Positions 23,470 to 37,721 of a stretch of DNA of 64,000 bases are shown piece after piece. Numbering within the stretch: the first letter of the stretch is position 1; each line of letters opens with the position of its first letter. The notes under the pieces were generated by a model, which ran no database searches, was not told the origin of the DNA, and saw only the letters and a program-made list of their open reading frames with translations. The stretch is from Antedon mediterranea (lineage: Eukaryota > Animalia > Echinodermata). Location: NCBI RefSeq assembly GCF_964355755.1, contig NC_092672.1, positions 24,875,237 through 24,939,236 on the forward strand, given 5' to 3'. The translations under genes were made by a program, and so were the position numbers.

Positions 23470-25860
23470 ACTATTGCCATGCAAGGCAACCGAACGAGTA
23501 GGGTATCGTAACCAAAACGAGTATCATTACTATGCAAGACAACTAAACAAGTAGGGTACCGTAACCAAAACGAGTATCATTACCATGCGAGAAAACCAAA
23601 CGAGTAGGGTACCGTAACCAAAACAAATATCATTACCATGCGAGACAACCAAAGGAGTAGGGTACCATAACCAAAACGAGTATCATTAATATACGAGACA
23701 AACAAACGAGTATGGTACCGTAACCAAAACGAGTAGGGTACCTTAACCAAAACGAGTAGCATTACCATGCAAGACAACCAAACAAGTAGGGTACCGTAAC
23801 CAAAACTATTATCATTACCATGTGAGAAAACCAAACGAGTAGGGTACCATAACCAAAACGAGTATCATTACCATGCAAGACAACCAAACGAGTAGGGTAC
23901 CGAATCATAATGAGTATCATTACCATGCAAGACAACCAAACAAGTAGGGTGCCATAACCAAAACGAGTATCATTACCATGCGAGAAAACCAAACGAGTAG
24001 GGTACCATAACCAAAACGAGTATCATTACCATGCAAGACAACCAAACGAGTAGGGTACCGAATCATAATGAGTATCATTACCATGCAAGACAACCAAACA
24101 AGTAGGGTGCCATAACCAAAACGAGTATCATTACCATGCGAGAAAACCAAACGAGTAGGGTACCATAACCAAAACGAGTATCATTACCATGCGAGGCAAC
24201 CAAACAAGTAGGGTACCGTAACCAAAACAAGTATCATTACCATGTGAGACAACCAAACGAGTATAGTACCGTAACCAAAACAAGTATCATTACCATGTGA
24301 GACAACCAAACAAGTAGGGTACCGTAACCAAAACAAGTATCATTGCCATGCGAGAAAACCAAACGAGTAGGGTACCGTAACCAAAACAAGTATCATTACC
24401 ATGTGAGACAACAAAACGAGTATGGTACCGTAACCAAAACTAGTAGGGTACCTTAACAAAAACGAGTAGCATTACCATGCAAGACAACCAAATGAGTAGG
24501 TTATCGTAACCAAAACGAGTAGGACACAGTAACCAAAACGAGTATCATTACCATGTGAGACAACCAAACGAGTATGGTACCACCAAAACGAGTAGGGTAC
24601 CTTAACCAAAACGAGTAGCATTACCATGCAAGACAACCAAACGAGTAGGTTATCGTAACCAAAACGAGTATCATTACCATGCAAGACAACCAAACAAGTA
24701 GGGTACCGTAACCAAAACAAGTATCATTACCATGTGAGAAAACCAAACGAGTAGGGTACCGTAACCAAAACGAGTATCATTACCATGCAAGACAACCAAA
24801 CAAGTAGGGTACCGTAACCAAGACAAGTATCATTACCATGTGAGAAAACCAAACGAGTAGGGTACCGTAACCAAAACGAGTATCATTACCATGCAAGACA
24901 ACCAAACAAGTAGGGTACCGTAACCAAAACAAGTATCATTACCATGCAAGACAACGAAACGAGTAGGGTACCATAACCAAAACAAGTATCATTACCATGC
25001 AAGACAACCAAACAAGTAGGGTACCGTAACCAAAACAAGTATCATTACCATGTGAGAAAACCAAACGAGTAGGGTACCATAACCAAAACGAGTATCATTA
25101 ATATACGAGACAAACAAACGAGTAGGTTACCGTAACCAAAACGAGTATCATTAATATACGAGACAAACAAACGAGTAGGGTACCGTAACTAAAACGAGTA
25201 TCATTACCATGCAAGACAACCAAACAAGTAGGGTACCGTAACCAAAACTATTATAATTACCATGCGAGAAAACCAAACGAGTAGGGTACCGAATCATAAT
25301 GAGTAACATTACCATGCAAGACAACCAAACAAGTAGGTTACCATAACCAAAACAAATATCATTACCATGCGAGAAAACCAAACGAGTATGGTACTGAACC
25401 AAAAACGAGTATCAATACCATGCGAGACAACCAAACGAGTATGGTATCGTAACCAAAACGAGTAGGACACACAGTAACCAAAACGAGTATCATTTCCATG
25501 TGAGACAACCAAACGAGTATGGTACCGTAACCAAAACGAGTAGGGTGCCTTAACCAAAACGAGTAGCATTACCATGCAAGACAACCAAACGAGTAGGTTA
25601 TCGTAACCAAAACTAGCAGGACACAGTAACCAAAACGAGTATCATTACCATGTGAGACAACCAAACGAGTATGGTACCGTAACCAAAACGAGTAGGGTAC
25701 CTTAACCAAAACGAGTAGCATTACGGTGCAAGACAACCAAACGAGTAGGTTATCGTAACCAAAACGAGTAGGACACAGTAACCAAAACAGGTTTCATTAC
25801 CATGTGAGACAACCAAACGAGTACGACACAGTAACCAAAACAAGTATCATTACCATGCGC
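23470..25860. repeat. About 2.4-kb minisatellite, about 53-bp unit made of two related subunits
   Basis: ACCAAAACGAGTATCATTACCATGCAAGACA + ACCAAACGAGTAGGGTACCGTA; a 158-bp higher-order repeat is shown by near-identical ORFs at 23762 and 23920. Confidence 0.95.
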
Positions 25861-27872
25861 GACGTACATGGAAACAGTTGTGTGCACTATTTAAAAGTAA
25901 AAGTAACACCTGCAATACCATTAATTACAATTGTATTCATCTTTTCAGATTACGTCCATATGAAATCTTTAAAATATTGGCATGTTGCTGCTGATAACTT
26001 GACTTGAATAAAACGTATTTATTAACAATTATGGCGGCAGTACACAGCCACATGAATAGATTGGAATTTGAAGGCAAAAAAAACATTATTTTTAGATTGA
26101 TAGTTGAAACCAATCAAACTGTGGTATGTTTGTAAATATCATTCGTTTTGTATATCCTTGTTGTCCTTTATTATTAGTATAATACAAAATATGTGCATTT
26201 CAAATTTCAAACTTATTAACATTCATTTGGAAACAGAATAATGTATACATTATAAATTGTATATCATTTTGTATTTTCTTATTTGTATTCATTATTCAGT
26301 TAAACATAAGTTTATAAAAACCATTACTTCTTAAGATGAAATACTTACTGTTAATGTTTTTTTTAAAATATAATTAATCATTGGTGAACACTGGATTCTT
26401 GAAGGTCATCATGTGGATGTAAAATTCACATTTCACTGAGCATTCACAACTATTAAGAATAAATCTTAGTTACAATAAGAATATTCTGCAATGACAGTCA
26501 GTTTTAATGCCAACTTTTTTCACAATTTAATTTTTTTACTGCCATATAATTAAGTTTAGTTTTTAAATGTTTGTTTTACTTTGTTTTTCTGAATAAAGAA
26601 ACCTTTATATGTTAGTTTTTAACTGTGTATGATATTCATAAATTAACAACATGTATTTTTATGTATAAATTTAATAATCAGCAATTTTTCAAATTATTTT
26701 CTTAATGCTAACTCCTTTTCATAACTATGATACCAGTTATTCCGATGTTTACTTTTCAATTCAATTTTGTAACCGATATATGGCTAGAAATCCCATTTCT
26801 AGCCGTCCAATCTAATGGAATGGTATTGATGCTTTTATACAACATACTTGTTATATAATCTATCCACATTCTTGTTTTATGTAGTAAATATCATGTTTTT
26901 AATTGTTACCGTCTTTTCTTATTTGTTTTTAAGATTGCCAAACTTTGTACGGCTTTGCTATTCTTTCCATTTAAATATATGTCGGGATTCTATTGTGATA
27001 CATCTAGTGAATCACACAAATCAATTGGTTACCCACCAATTATGCCCAGTCTCAGCTGAAATATGTCCTATGTGTTCACAACCCTTATATATATATATAT
27101 ATAAAAATCAAAAGAAAGTAAAACATGCAAACTAGATTGAAAATGAAAGCCATTTATTATACGATTGTACACAGCTAATATGTTATGATACCATATCATA
27201 TAGGAATCAGTTTATAAAATGTAGTGTTAACTATCTGTCGGTTATTTTATACTCCAAAGCAGATGTATTTTGTGATGTAGTTAAATATCTATGGACGTTT
27301 TATTACGAAAGGAAAATTATAAAACATATTTTAAATATTTTTATATCACTATTTTGAATTTAAAGTATCTAATTTACAGTACTAAATTGTTTATATTTGT
27401 ATGATACAATATTATAAATGAATAAAAGCGGGATGATATTTCCATGAAATATTTTTGAATACCGTGATAATAATTTGTATATTTTGAGCTTAATTCATTC
27501 TAAATCTTTGTCGTTGTAAGAAGAGAACACCTCAAGTATTGCATCCGCGTCTCTTTGGTTGCCGTTTAAATATCACGTCATCATTCATCATCATTGCCGT
27601 TCGTGTTCATTATCATTGTTACTATCGTCATTATTATCAAATCATTCGTCACCATCATTCGAAACGGTATATTAATATGCAACATATTTTTTCGGAATTC
27701 TGTGGGCAATTTGTACGAATGCGTGTCTTTAAATTATCTCTAGACTTCAAAAGTACATAATTAAATGCACCGTGCAGGAATCAGTAACTTCCAGAAAGAG
27801 ATCCAAATACTTTGAGGAACTGTAAGCACGCCGAAAAAAAAACAACTCATCATGGTGAAGTGAACATGAACA

Positions 27873-27977
27873 AGGCCAACAGCCATAAGTCGCGTGCTAA
27901 TACGCATAGTGATACCGGACCGACAGACCGACCGACCGACATAGTGAACTATAGAGTCGCGTCCACGCGACTAAAAA
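27873..27977 (+). mobile_element. Helentron/DINE-1-like 3' end with (GACC/GACA)n and terminal hairpin
   Basis: GATACCGGACC(GACM)nATAGTGAACTATAGAGTCGCGTCCACGCGACTAAAAA; related copies at about 35471-35570, 36135-36278, 63195-63266. Confidence 0.65.
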
Positions 27978-30963
27978 TAGTAGGCAAACATCATGAGTAA
28001 AAAATGGTCACGATAACTGGTGTGTAATACAAAATTGCTAAGTTGACCATAAATACAATAATATGATAATACGTCATAATCATCGTAACCAACAACATTA
28101 AATAGTTAGATTATTCCTCATGAATGCTATAAATAATAAACTGAATGAAGCTACTCTAAATAAATATAAAGTTTAGTTTGGAGTTAACCGCTTAATGATG
28201 AGACCAGTGAGTTTGCAGAATTTGATAATTACCAACTTAATACAAAAAATAGAAAGACAAAAAAAAGAAGGTGGTCTATATTGCCAACGGAACTATTATG
28301 TGAGACACTTACCGACCACAACAACTGCCCTTTTGAATGCCTTTTGATTAAAGTTACATTACCAAGAATGTGCAAACTCTTTAGCACCAATCGGTCGAAC
28401 CATCACAACTTTATTCTTATCTGCTCGACGAATGAGATAAACACTAAGATCATAAATCACAATGAAGACACAGTTCTACGAGAGTTCGTCAGTTAGATCT
28501 TTCGGCCAATGTATACAATGGAGATGATCCTTTTCTCTCGGTAATGTTAATGCCAAAACTAATTTATATAATTCAATTATGCATGATACTTACAATGGGC
28601 ATTTCCCAGTGATTACTAGCAGTAAGCGGGTTACAGATAAAACTGACGCACAACATAAGAAAATTAGTTAATTAATTAAGTTGCTAAATTTAATTTAAGA
28701 TAGATTTTAAAAACTGATCAATGGGCCAGACTTCGGAATTTTGTACAAAAAATAATTTAGGTTACCAGCATAATTGCCATCAAGAGAACCTCCCCAGTTA
28801 TATTCATATACTTTTTTTTGTATAATTTGTTCATCATTTTTATATTGTAATTGTATTTCTTTCATACGGTCTCGTGGAAGAACACATTTTGTTGTGAACG
28901 AGCCTCCGTTTTAAAATAAATATATTGTTATTATTATATATGCCTGGAAAGTACGGAAAAGGTTTAATATAGCTTGATTTAAAAACATCTAAAGCTGGTC
29001 ATCCCGACAATTAACCAGTGAGCTTAATAATGGATTTTGCACCAAGTAACTCCAATTATCACGAATATGTTGAACAGTACTACTAGTGAAAGATATTTTT
29101 TTTGGAGGATTGGAAGAAGTCCACTCAGTTTACAATATGAAAGGTTAAAAATGCCAAGACTTTAAATGTGCTTAGACCTATCTCGCTCTCTCCATTTTTG
29201 TTTGAATATTTCATTTTTCAATGGATTCTCTAGAATAACAGTGACGGATAAGAGGCAATAGCTGCAAGCAGAGCTCGACAACTTTCCATCTTATCAGCGT
29301 CATTGACAAATCCTGAAGGGTTTTAAGAGAGATAGCTTTGATGCAAATATTTGTGTTCATCGTGTAGGTCACTCTGTATGTATCAATAGGTTAATTGAGC
29401 TTAGGATTTGGTCGTCAATGGCACATCATGAATACTCGATTTGCGGGAGTGGTCTCTGATACATACCAATTAACTGTGGAGTACCTCATGGTAGCCTACT
29501 TTAATAGCACCTACCCTTTTCCTGGTGTTATTCAATGATGCACTCATTGTGTGCTGTGGAGGTTACAGTTACTTAAACAAGTGGTGCAATGTAATTTGTA
29601 ATATGACACCAAAACTATCTAAATGTAAGGTGATGTCGTTACAACTATTAAGATGTTATTAAATTTGAAGTAAAAATGATTCAGTATTAAAGGTGTTGAA
29701 AATAATTACTCGATATTGTTATTCATAATAATTTAAAATGTGATACGAATACTGAGGAGATTGTTTCAAGAGATCTGTGTTTGAAAATGATATATTGATA
29801 GATCTATTTATTGAACAAACAGTAGGCCTAATAAAAAAAAAGATGTATGGGAATTGTATGTAGTTGAAACCGAAACACGACATAAACGCCCTGGTACAAT
29901 ATTGTGTGTATGCATTTGGCGGAGCGTTATTTGAGGGAAAATGCCCCGGGGCATTTAATATTTGAGGAGGTGGAAGGGTGGGCGTTTATTTCAAATGATG
30001 TTTTATGAAGGGGACGCGGCGCGTCATTCAAAGCGGGGCGTTTATTCGAATAAATACGGTAGGTTATTAGTTTTAATAAGTTAATCACTTCCGTAAAAAA
30101 ACGACAAATGACAAAATAAAATGGTTACATTCTCTCAAAAACGCATTTACTTGTAGCAATTTGACTCTTTTTAAAATTACAGTTTTTCAGGTAAATTCAA
30201 TTTTTGTCAAAGTGGATAACTATTAATGTGACATTAAAATGGCATCTGTAATTAACGTGGCCAAAATTACATTTCGATGATTATGTTGACACCTTAAATA
30301 ATGAACAAAATATATATTGCGATATTAATTTGATTAAAAAATCAGGATTAGGATATGACATTAAACAAAATTTAAAAAAACGTTATCACCACTTAATACG
30401 AAACGATCTGGGAAGACAACTTTAGCTTATGGTTATAAAAGATATCTCTGATTATTTGATGATAAATAGATGATTATTGATGATGTATGAATTATTTGAT
30501 CACAGTCATTCCAAATTACATCTTTCTTGCGTCTTTTAGTTAATAGATTATAATGATTAAGATATGGTTTGTTCTTCCAGGCCTAAAAAGGCTGTCGATT
30601 GCTTGATGATCGATTGATGAATAGGGTCACATCCCTACCATAGGCATAGGTTTGCAATATTTATTACACAATAGGATATCCTGACTTGCAATGATCTCAA
30701 CCATGATCCTGTTTTAGAATGATTTTTTGTTGTTGAAATTAGATAAATTCGTATTATTAGGCCTACTTTTTAAATTCATTAACATCACGTCATTTCAGTA
30801 ATTTCCCAGGGACGTCTTCTTAAAAGGTTCCATGTCATCTCTTTAGACTTAGACCAAAGAGTATATATCACAAGAATGAGTATTCCGCAATTTTTGCATG
30901 AGAAATCTGTAACAGAGAGCTCCAGAGAGAGTGATGCCTGCCCGCCCTAATAAGGGCGGATGT

Positions 30964-32167
30964 ATCTATATATAAATTTACGTAAGGGCAAAATTCGGTA
31001 AATCGCGCGTTTTTTCTAGAATGTTTACTCGATGGTATATAAAGTTGGTTAGAATCTCGGTACTGATTTTAACCACCTGATGTAACCCTGTTTACTAATT
31101 AAATTTAGTTAGATAATTAGTTAATGACAATTAAAACGAATTTAGGTTCAACCATTTGCCCCAAATAGGGGTGTTTTCCGATCGTGGTATACACTGTCTA
31201 ATGGATGTCCTCATGAAAAATACCTGTACACAATAATACGAGGATACTTCGCATTTTCCTATCTCCTCCTACGATAATTGTTTTTAATAGCTGAAAACCG
31301 GTTGAACAGCTCGAGTACAGTATCATAATGTTGAGTACTATTTTGATAGATTTAATATAAGTTTATACAAATGTATTGATTTGCGATGAATGGAACATTC
31401 CAAATTATTTGGTTTAACCATGCTTGCATACCTCCATGATTTAACACAAGTAGGTCAATTTATGAGACCTTTGAGAATAAACATAAATAGTATTGTAAAG
31501 CTATACAATACTGTAAATAGGTATTAACCACTTTTGAAAGCCATTTGAATCGCAAATTTCTTATTGTGTGTGTTGGTAGGCCTACTGTTTATTATAATAT
31601 AAACAAATATACTAATAAACTTTATTACTGTGAGTGTGGGTAACCCCTACTTTTAGATTATAAACACATAAATAATATAATACTTTGTTACTGACAGTTG
31701 CTTCTCAACGTTTGTATTAATTAATAATTACAAAAAAATATAAACGTCGTGGTGGTGTATCGTTACATGTACTTTTACTACTTCAATCGACTATGACAGT
31801 GACAATTTTAACAGTTATTAAATCGGAAATGTTTTACTCTATTTAGTGTTATATTATTTATAGGCCTATTAAAAAAAACCCCAACCCTCAATAATGTTAG
31901 ATACAAAACACAAATTGGGTTTGTTTAAATGAGTCCAAATCAAACATTTGGACTAATTTTGTGAGAAGTTTCTCTTTTGGAAGTAATTCGCACGGTGCTA
32001 ATTTTGGTTGACTACATAATACATAAATAAATGTTTTATAGTCATGCGGTACGTAGGCCTACATTTTGAAATCGCCAGTTTTTTTACGCTGAAATTACTA
32101 TGTATTCGAGAACCATATGTGGGCACGACCTAGATGGTACGCGAGCGAAGCGAGCGTACCATCTAGT
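30964..32167 (-). mobile_element. Inverted copy of the Helentron/HINE-like element at 11734-13195
   Basis: ATCTATATATAAATTTACGTAAGGGC... to ...GCGTACCATCTAGT; both ends are reverse complements of the first copy. Confidence 0.7.
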
Positions 32168-32532
32168 ACATACTAAATAAGACTTGATTTAATAGATATT
32201 ATACATGTCACATTACATAGAATTATGATAATATATTTTGCAATTGTAAACTATTTTATAATACATATTTATTAACAAACTAGTGTACATTCACTTTTAC
32301 AGACAATTATTTACTAACATGCTAAATTAGTTCACAAAAAAGGCCTAACACAGCAATAGGTGGTCCAGCCTTTGATTAGTGAAACCGTCACAAAAAGTTG
32401 TACACAGCCCAGGTACATCCTCACTCGTGGCGGCGCCCTACCACATGGACAAGGAAAATCGCGGATTACTCATTCTTGTGAGTCGTCGGCAGAGGTCGCA
32501 CACGTATGTGTACTACCATGGAGTAAAGAATA

Positions 32533-34713
32533 TAGTCCATGGGCTGGAGGGGGGTTACCGTGCACCCCCCCCCCCCAACAGTTAAACTTCTTTGGTATCA
32601 TTTTCTTTCCACGGACATATAGAGTGAAAAAATCGATGTTAACAAGAAAAATATAGGGATGCATTGTATGTACTTGCGTCATTTGTAATGATCATCAGTG
32701 TTTTATCTTCAAATATTTTTTGGGGTAGGGGGTAACATTTATCCTAATAACCCAAGAATCCAACATCTAATTAGTATTATCTTAGTAACATTGTGTAGCA
32801 TACATCTTTTAAAATCTTTTAAAATTTAAATAAAATTAATCGGAAGATTATTAAGGTCAGTAGAGGTCAAAAGGTCATTGATCTTTTGCAAAATGCAAAT
32901 TTTTCCCAAAATATAGATAAATTTCAATATCGTATCTACAATTTTCAATATTTTTTCTCTTAATTGTGTTTTACTTGTGCTTACTGACATATTGAATAAG
33001 AAAATATATGTTAACAAGATAAAAATTGCAGTTCATTATATACAAATTGTTATTTTTTATTGTTAAAAATTGCAATAAAAATACATTTTTTGGGGTAGGG
33101 GGTAACAATAATAGCAATAACCCATTAATTAAACATCTAATTAGTATGATCTTGCTGTCGTTGTGTAGCATTCATGTTATTTAATCATATAAAATTTGAA
33201 TAAAATTAATCGAACCATTTTTAAGGTCAGTAGAGGTCAAAAAGGTCACTGACCTTTTGCAAAATTGCAAATATTTGCTATAATGAGATACATTTCAATA
33301 TCAAATCTCCAATTTTTTCAATACTTTTTATTTTAATTGTGTTTTACTTGTGTTTACTGACATATTGAAATAACAAAATATGTGTTAAAAAAATTGCACT
33401 TCATTAATACCAATTGTCATGTAATTTTGTTATTCTTCAAAATTACAATAAAAAGACATTTTTGGCGTAGGGGGTAACAATTATCCCAATAACCCAAGAA
33501 TCCAACACCTAATTAGTATTATCTTGGTACCATTGTGTAGCATACATTTTTTAAAATCTTATAAAATTTAAATAAAATTAATCGGACTATTAGTAGGGTC
33601 AGTAGAGGTCAAAAGGTTATTGACCTTTTACAAAAATAGACATTTTAGCCAAAATATAGATAATTTCAACATAGTATCTATAATTTTCAATATGTTTTAT
33701 CTTAATTGTGTTTTATTTGTGCTTACTGACATATTGAATAAGAAAATATATGTTAACAAGATTAAAATTGCAGTTCATTATACACAAAGTATCATTTTTT
33801 ATTCTTAAAAATTGTAATAAAAATACATTTTTTGGGGTAGGGTGTAACATTAATAGCAATAACTCAAGAATCAAACATCTAATTAGTATGATCTTGGTGT
33901 CGTTGTGTAGCATTCGTGTTTTTTAATCATATAGAATTTTAATAAAATTAATCGAACCATGTTTAAGGTCAGTAGAGGTCAAAAGGTCACTGACCTTTTG
34001 CAAAATTGCAAATATTTGCCATAATGAGATACATTTCAATATCAAATCTCCAATTTTCAATATTTTTTATTTTAATTGTGTTTTACTTGTGTTTAGTGAC
34101 ATATTGAATAACAAAATATGTGTTAACATGAAAAAAATTGCACTGCATTAATACCAATTGTCATGTAATTTTATTATTCTTCAAAATTGCAATAAAAAGA
34201 CATTTTTGGGGTAGGGGGTAGCATTAATACCAATAATCCAAGAATCAAACATCCATTGACCTTAATAATCATTCGATTAATTTCATTTAAATTCAACATG
34301 ATTACAAAAAAATATACTGTATGCTACACATCGATACCAAGATCGTACTAATTAGATGTTTGATTCTTGGGTTATTGGTATTAATGCTACCCCCTACCCC
34401 AAAAATGTCTTTTTATTGTAATTTTGTTATTCTTCAAAATTACATGACAATTGGTATTAATGCAGTGCAATTTTTTTCATTTTTTTTTTATTAGGATAAA
34501 TGTTACCTCCTACCCCAAAAAATATTTGAAGATAAAACACTGATGATCATTACAAATGACGCAAGTACATACAATGCATCCCTATATTTTTCTTGTTAAC
34601 ATCGATTTTTTCACTCTATATGTCCGTGGGAAGAAAATGATACCAAAGAAGTTTAACTGTGGGGGTGGGGGGGGGGGGGTGTGCACGGTAACCCCCCTCC
34701 AGCCCATGGACTA
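32533..34713. mobile_element. Foldback element with about 220-bp TIRs and internal 350-390-bp tandem repeats
   Basis: TAGTCCATGGGCTGGAGGGGGGTTACCGTGCAC...GTGCACGGTAACCCCCCTCCAGCCCATGGACTA; internal dimer period 742 bp (paralogous ORFs starting at 33171 and 33913). Confidence 0.8.
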
Positions 34714-36134
34714 ATAAGGGTACTACATGTGGTGGCACAAAAAAGTTTTCAGGAATCATGACTGTTTGTGTTGACATATTTTGAACTTTAGTTCCCGGTA
34801 ATATTTTACATATTTTATGGTAAAGTTAAGCTATCAGTGACTTTTGTAAAGGATAACAATAGGCCATTCCAACCATACAGGTGCCTAAGCCTACTAATAA
34901 TTATTAAGCTAATAAGACAAGAATGATTTTAGCCTTAGGCTACTATAGTAAGCTGTGTAGTAAGTACTGTATGTAGGCTAAAGTTAAGCCCCGATCCGGC
35001 CTCACTATGGCCTAGCTAGCTGAGATTTAGGTACCTGTCTTTCTTACTGTAACAGCAGTCTATCACAGCTTTTCCGACTGGCGAGGTATGCAAGACTTGA
35101 TAATTTTAAGATTGAATGCCTACAACTTAAGCAATAAATCTTGGTAGCAAAAATGATACTGTACATTAGTTACTATACAGTGTGTGCCGCAATTGTTTTG
35201 AAGTAATTAACCACTGATGGAAGGTATCCCATCCTTTAAGTCCCATTGCCTATGTTTTTTATGTTAAAAGTTTTAAAACATGAAACCAGGTCATTCCGTG
35301 TCTTAAATGTACGTTTTATGGTAATATGATAAAAAGAAAAAAAAAACAATGCACTACTAAATTTATTAGAATTGATTATTTTTCACATTTTTAACCATTT
35401 AAAGCCAAAACAAGTTATCGCAATAGGATAAGATGAATGTAATTTGTGACCTTCTTAAATTAAATCTAACAAGGCCAACAGCCATTAAGTCGCGTGCTAC
35501 AATGCATATTGATACCGGACAGACAGACCGACAGACCGACAGACCGACAGACCGACAAAGTGAACTATACTGACCGAAATTACTGAACATGTTTAAAAAT
35601 GTTGAAATGTTTAAAGACATTTAAATTTTTTTAATTTACACGTGCGTAGCCTGTCACTTTCGACGTGCTCGTATAACGTAATTTCGAGTTGAAAAGTAAG
35701 TCAAGAAAACAGAAATCGGGCAAAAAGAGTGCGCAATAACATTTAACGCGCAGTGCGCGCGCAAAAATATGCGCACTCATGGCAATTTTGTAAACGCTTA
35801 AAATTGCCTGAAATGTACTCTTATTTCATCGAAAATAAATTTTGAAAATTTTAAGCGCGCGTACGCATGCGTTACATGCGCTACGCACGTAATTGTATTG
35901 CCATATGATGATCTATGCCCTGAAATTTATGAGTACCAAATTTTATTTAATTGTGATTCATGGTTGTGAAGATATGATTACAAACGTGATTTCGTTAAAT
36001 CGTGCGTAGACCACGTAATTTTTTATTGCGCACCGTGAAAACATAACCACATTGATTCCTGGCCATAAGGAATATACTGTGAAAAATTGACCTAGCTATA
36101 TTAGACTGATATCAAGATAAGGTCATAAAGCGAT

Positions 36135-36197
36135 AAAACGCATAGTGATACCGGACCGACAGACAGACAGACAGACCGACAGACAGACCGACAGACC

Positions 36198-36228
<31 letters not shown>

Positions 36229-36278
36229 CGACCGACCGACATAGTGAACTATAGAGTCGCTTCCACGCGACTAAAAAA
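36135..36278 (+). mobile_element. Helentron/DINE-1-like 3' end with expanded (GACA/GACC)n
   Basis: Same terminal sequence as 27873-27977. Confidence 0.65.
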
Positions 36279-37070
36279 CGTAGGGAATGGGACTTTAGAC
36301 AGACTTCCCCCATGATTGTATACTCCTTGAGTGGTGGTAAATATGCAACAGTATTCATAAAATGGTTTTTGCAAAATGAGGACTAGTGAAAATACCACTA
36401 CACCATGACATTTATATTAACTAAAAAGATTACTAAAAATATTACAGTTACCTCTGACTTAATTAAAGTCTTCAGTCCATGTTGATCAGATTTTTGTAGA
36501 TTTTGTATTTTGGTATGACCCACTATACGACAAGATTACATGGTTTTGTAAATATTTTGTTCTCTAATTTTTTTAATTCCACAATTTTTCCAGTCATCTT
36601 AATTTTGTAAAGCTCGGTTTAATACCTTTAGCAGAGCATCATTTTTTACATTTGTTTCTTGAAGGTATTTGTATCATGAACACATTCTCTACGTTACCAA
36701 ACTGTTCCAAGCCAAACACACACCATTTAACAAACGACTGACACATTAAATCTATGAGCGTAGTCAGCCTAGACGAGTACTAAGTCTTACCATTTGCCTC
36801 TTTTTCCATTTAAGGTAAAGATTAATAAGATAATAAATTACTAACTTCTATCATAATTAATTATGGAAAACTACAGGGATATTGTAAATTAGAAATGTAA
36901 AAGTATGAATATATCCACTGTGATGTAACACATACACATCTATCAGACACACACTGCAGAATTAGAATTCAGCCTGTGGCTAACGAGACAGAATATAGGC
37001 CTAATTCAAATAATTATTTTATATACAAATAAAGTAAAGTCAGTACCGTACACTAAAACATTTTATAATT

Positions 37071-37721
37071 CTAGAATATTAAATGGCCATCTTCAAAAAG
37101 TTCTACATTTGTCTGTGGCATACCATTCAGAAGATTATCAATTTCGTCTTCTCCAATGAAGTCCCCTATGTCTTCCTCTCTGCTGTAATAATCGCATGTA
37201 GAGACTGGAATAAACTCCGTCAAACCAGCGTGTGCGTCACTGTCTACTTTTACACGTAGAACCTCATCTAATTTCCAGTAAGGATCTGTAACGTTTTCTT
37301 CTCCACATTTTCCTGACTTCGGTGGTTTATCTGAGGAAACTGACGTCATTGGCGTGTAAGGATTCGAGTCCTGCACATTTCTTGTGCTTTCCACGATTAA
37401 TGGAGACAATTGCAGTGCATCATCCTCACCTGTTTGTTGCAGGCGAAAGTATGCCGTGCTTCCCTCTTTAACTTCCATTTTGTCAGTGGTAACTGGTGAT
37501 GAGTTTATAAAACCACTTTTTGTAACTGGTGAAACTTGGTCAATAGACGGTACAACCATGTAAATATTTTTCTCTTCTATCTGGGAATCAGGAATAAACT
37601 CATGAAATCCTTGATCAGAACTCGTTGAACTGCGGTACGATGTAGGTAAGTCCGACTTCTTCGTCTTCAAGTCATCAAAAACTTCCTTTTCTACTGATCG
37701 CGGACGAACGGGGCTAATTTC
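37071..37721 (-). CDS. Receptor last exon: cytoplasmic tail
   Basis: EISPVRPRSVEKEVFDDLK...YMVV...TAYFRL...NPYTPM...DPYWKL...HLIF*. Confidence 0.8.
   Translation of the reverse strand, partial: EISPVRPRSVEKEVFDDLKTKKSDLPTSYRSSTSSDQGFHEFIPDSQIEEKNIYMVVPSIDQVSPVTKSGFINSSPVTTDKMEVKEGSTAYFRLQQTGEDDALQLSPLIVESTRNVQDSNPYTPMTSVSSDKPPKSGKCGEENVTDPYWKLDEVLRVKVDSDAHAGLTEFIPVSTCDYYSREEDIGDFIGEDEIDNLLNGMPQTNVELFEDGHLIF

Noticed and set aside
23470-25860. CRISPR-like look (constant core plus variable tails) and several minus-strand ORFs
   Set aside because: Tails are re-used variants rather than unique spacers, there are no cas genes, and the context is eukaryotic. The ORFs are translations of the satellite.
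32826-33913. Paired similar 62-66 aa ORFs
   Set aside because: Translations of internal repeats of the foldback element.
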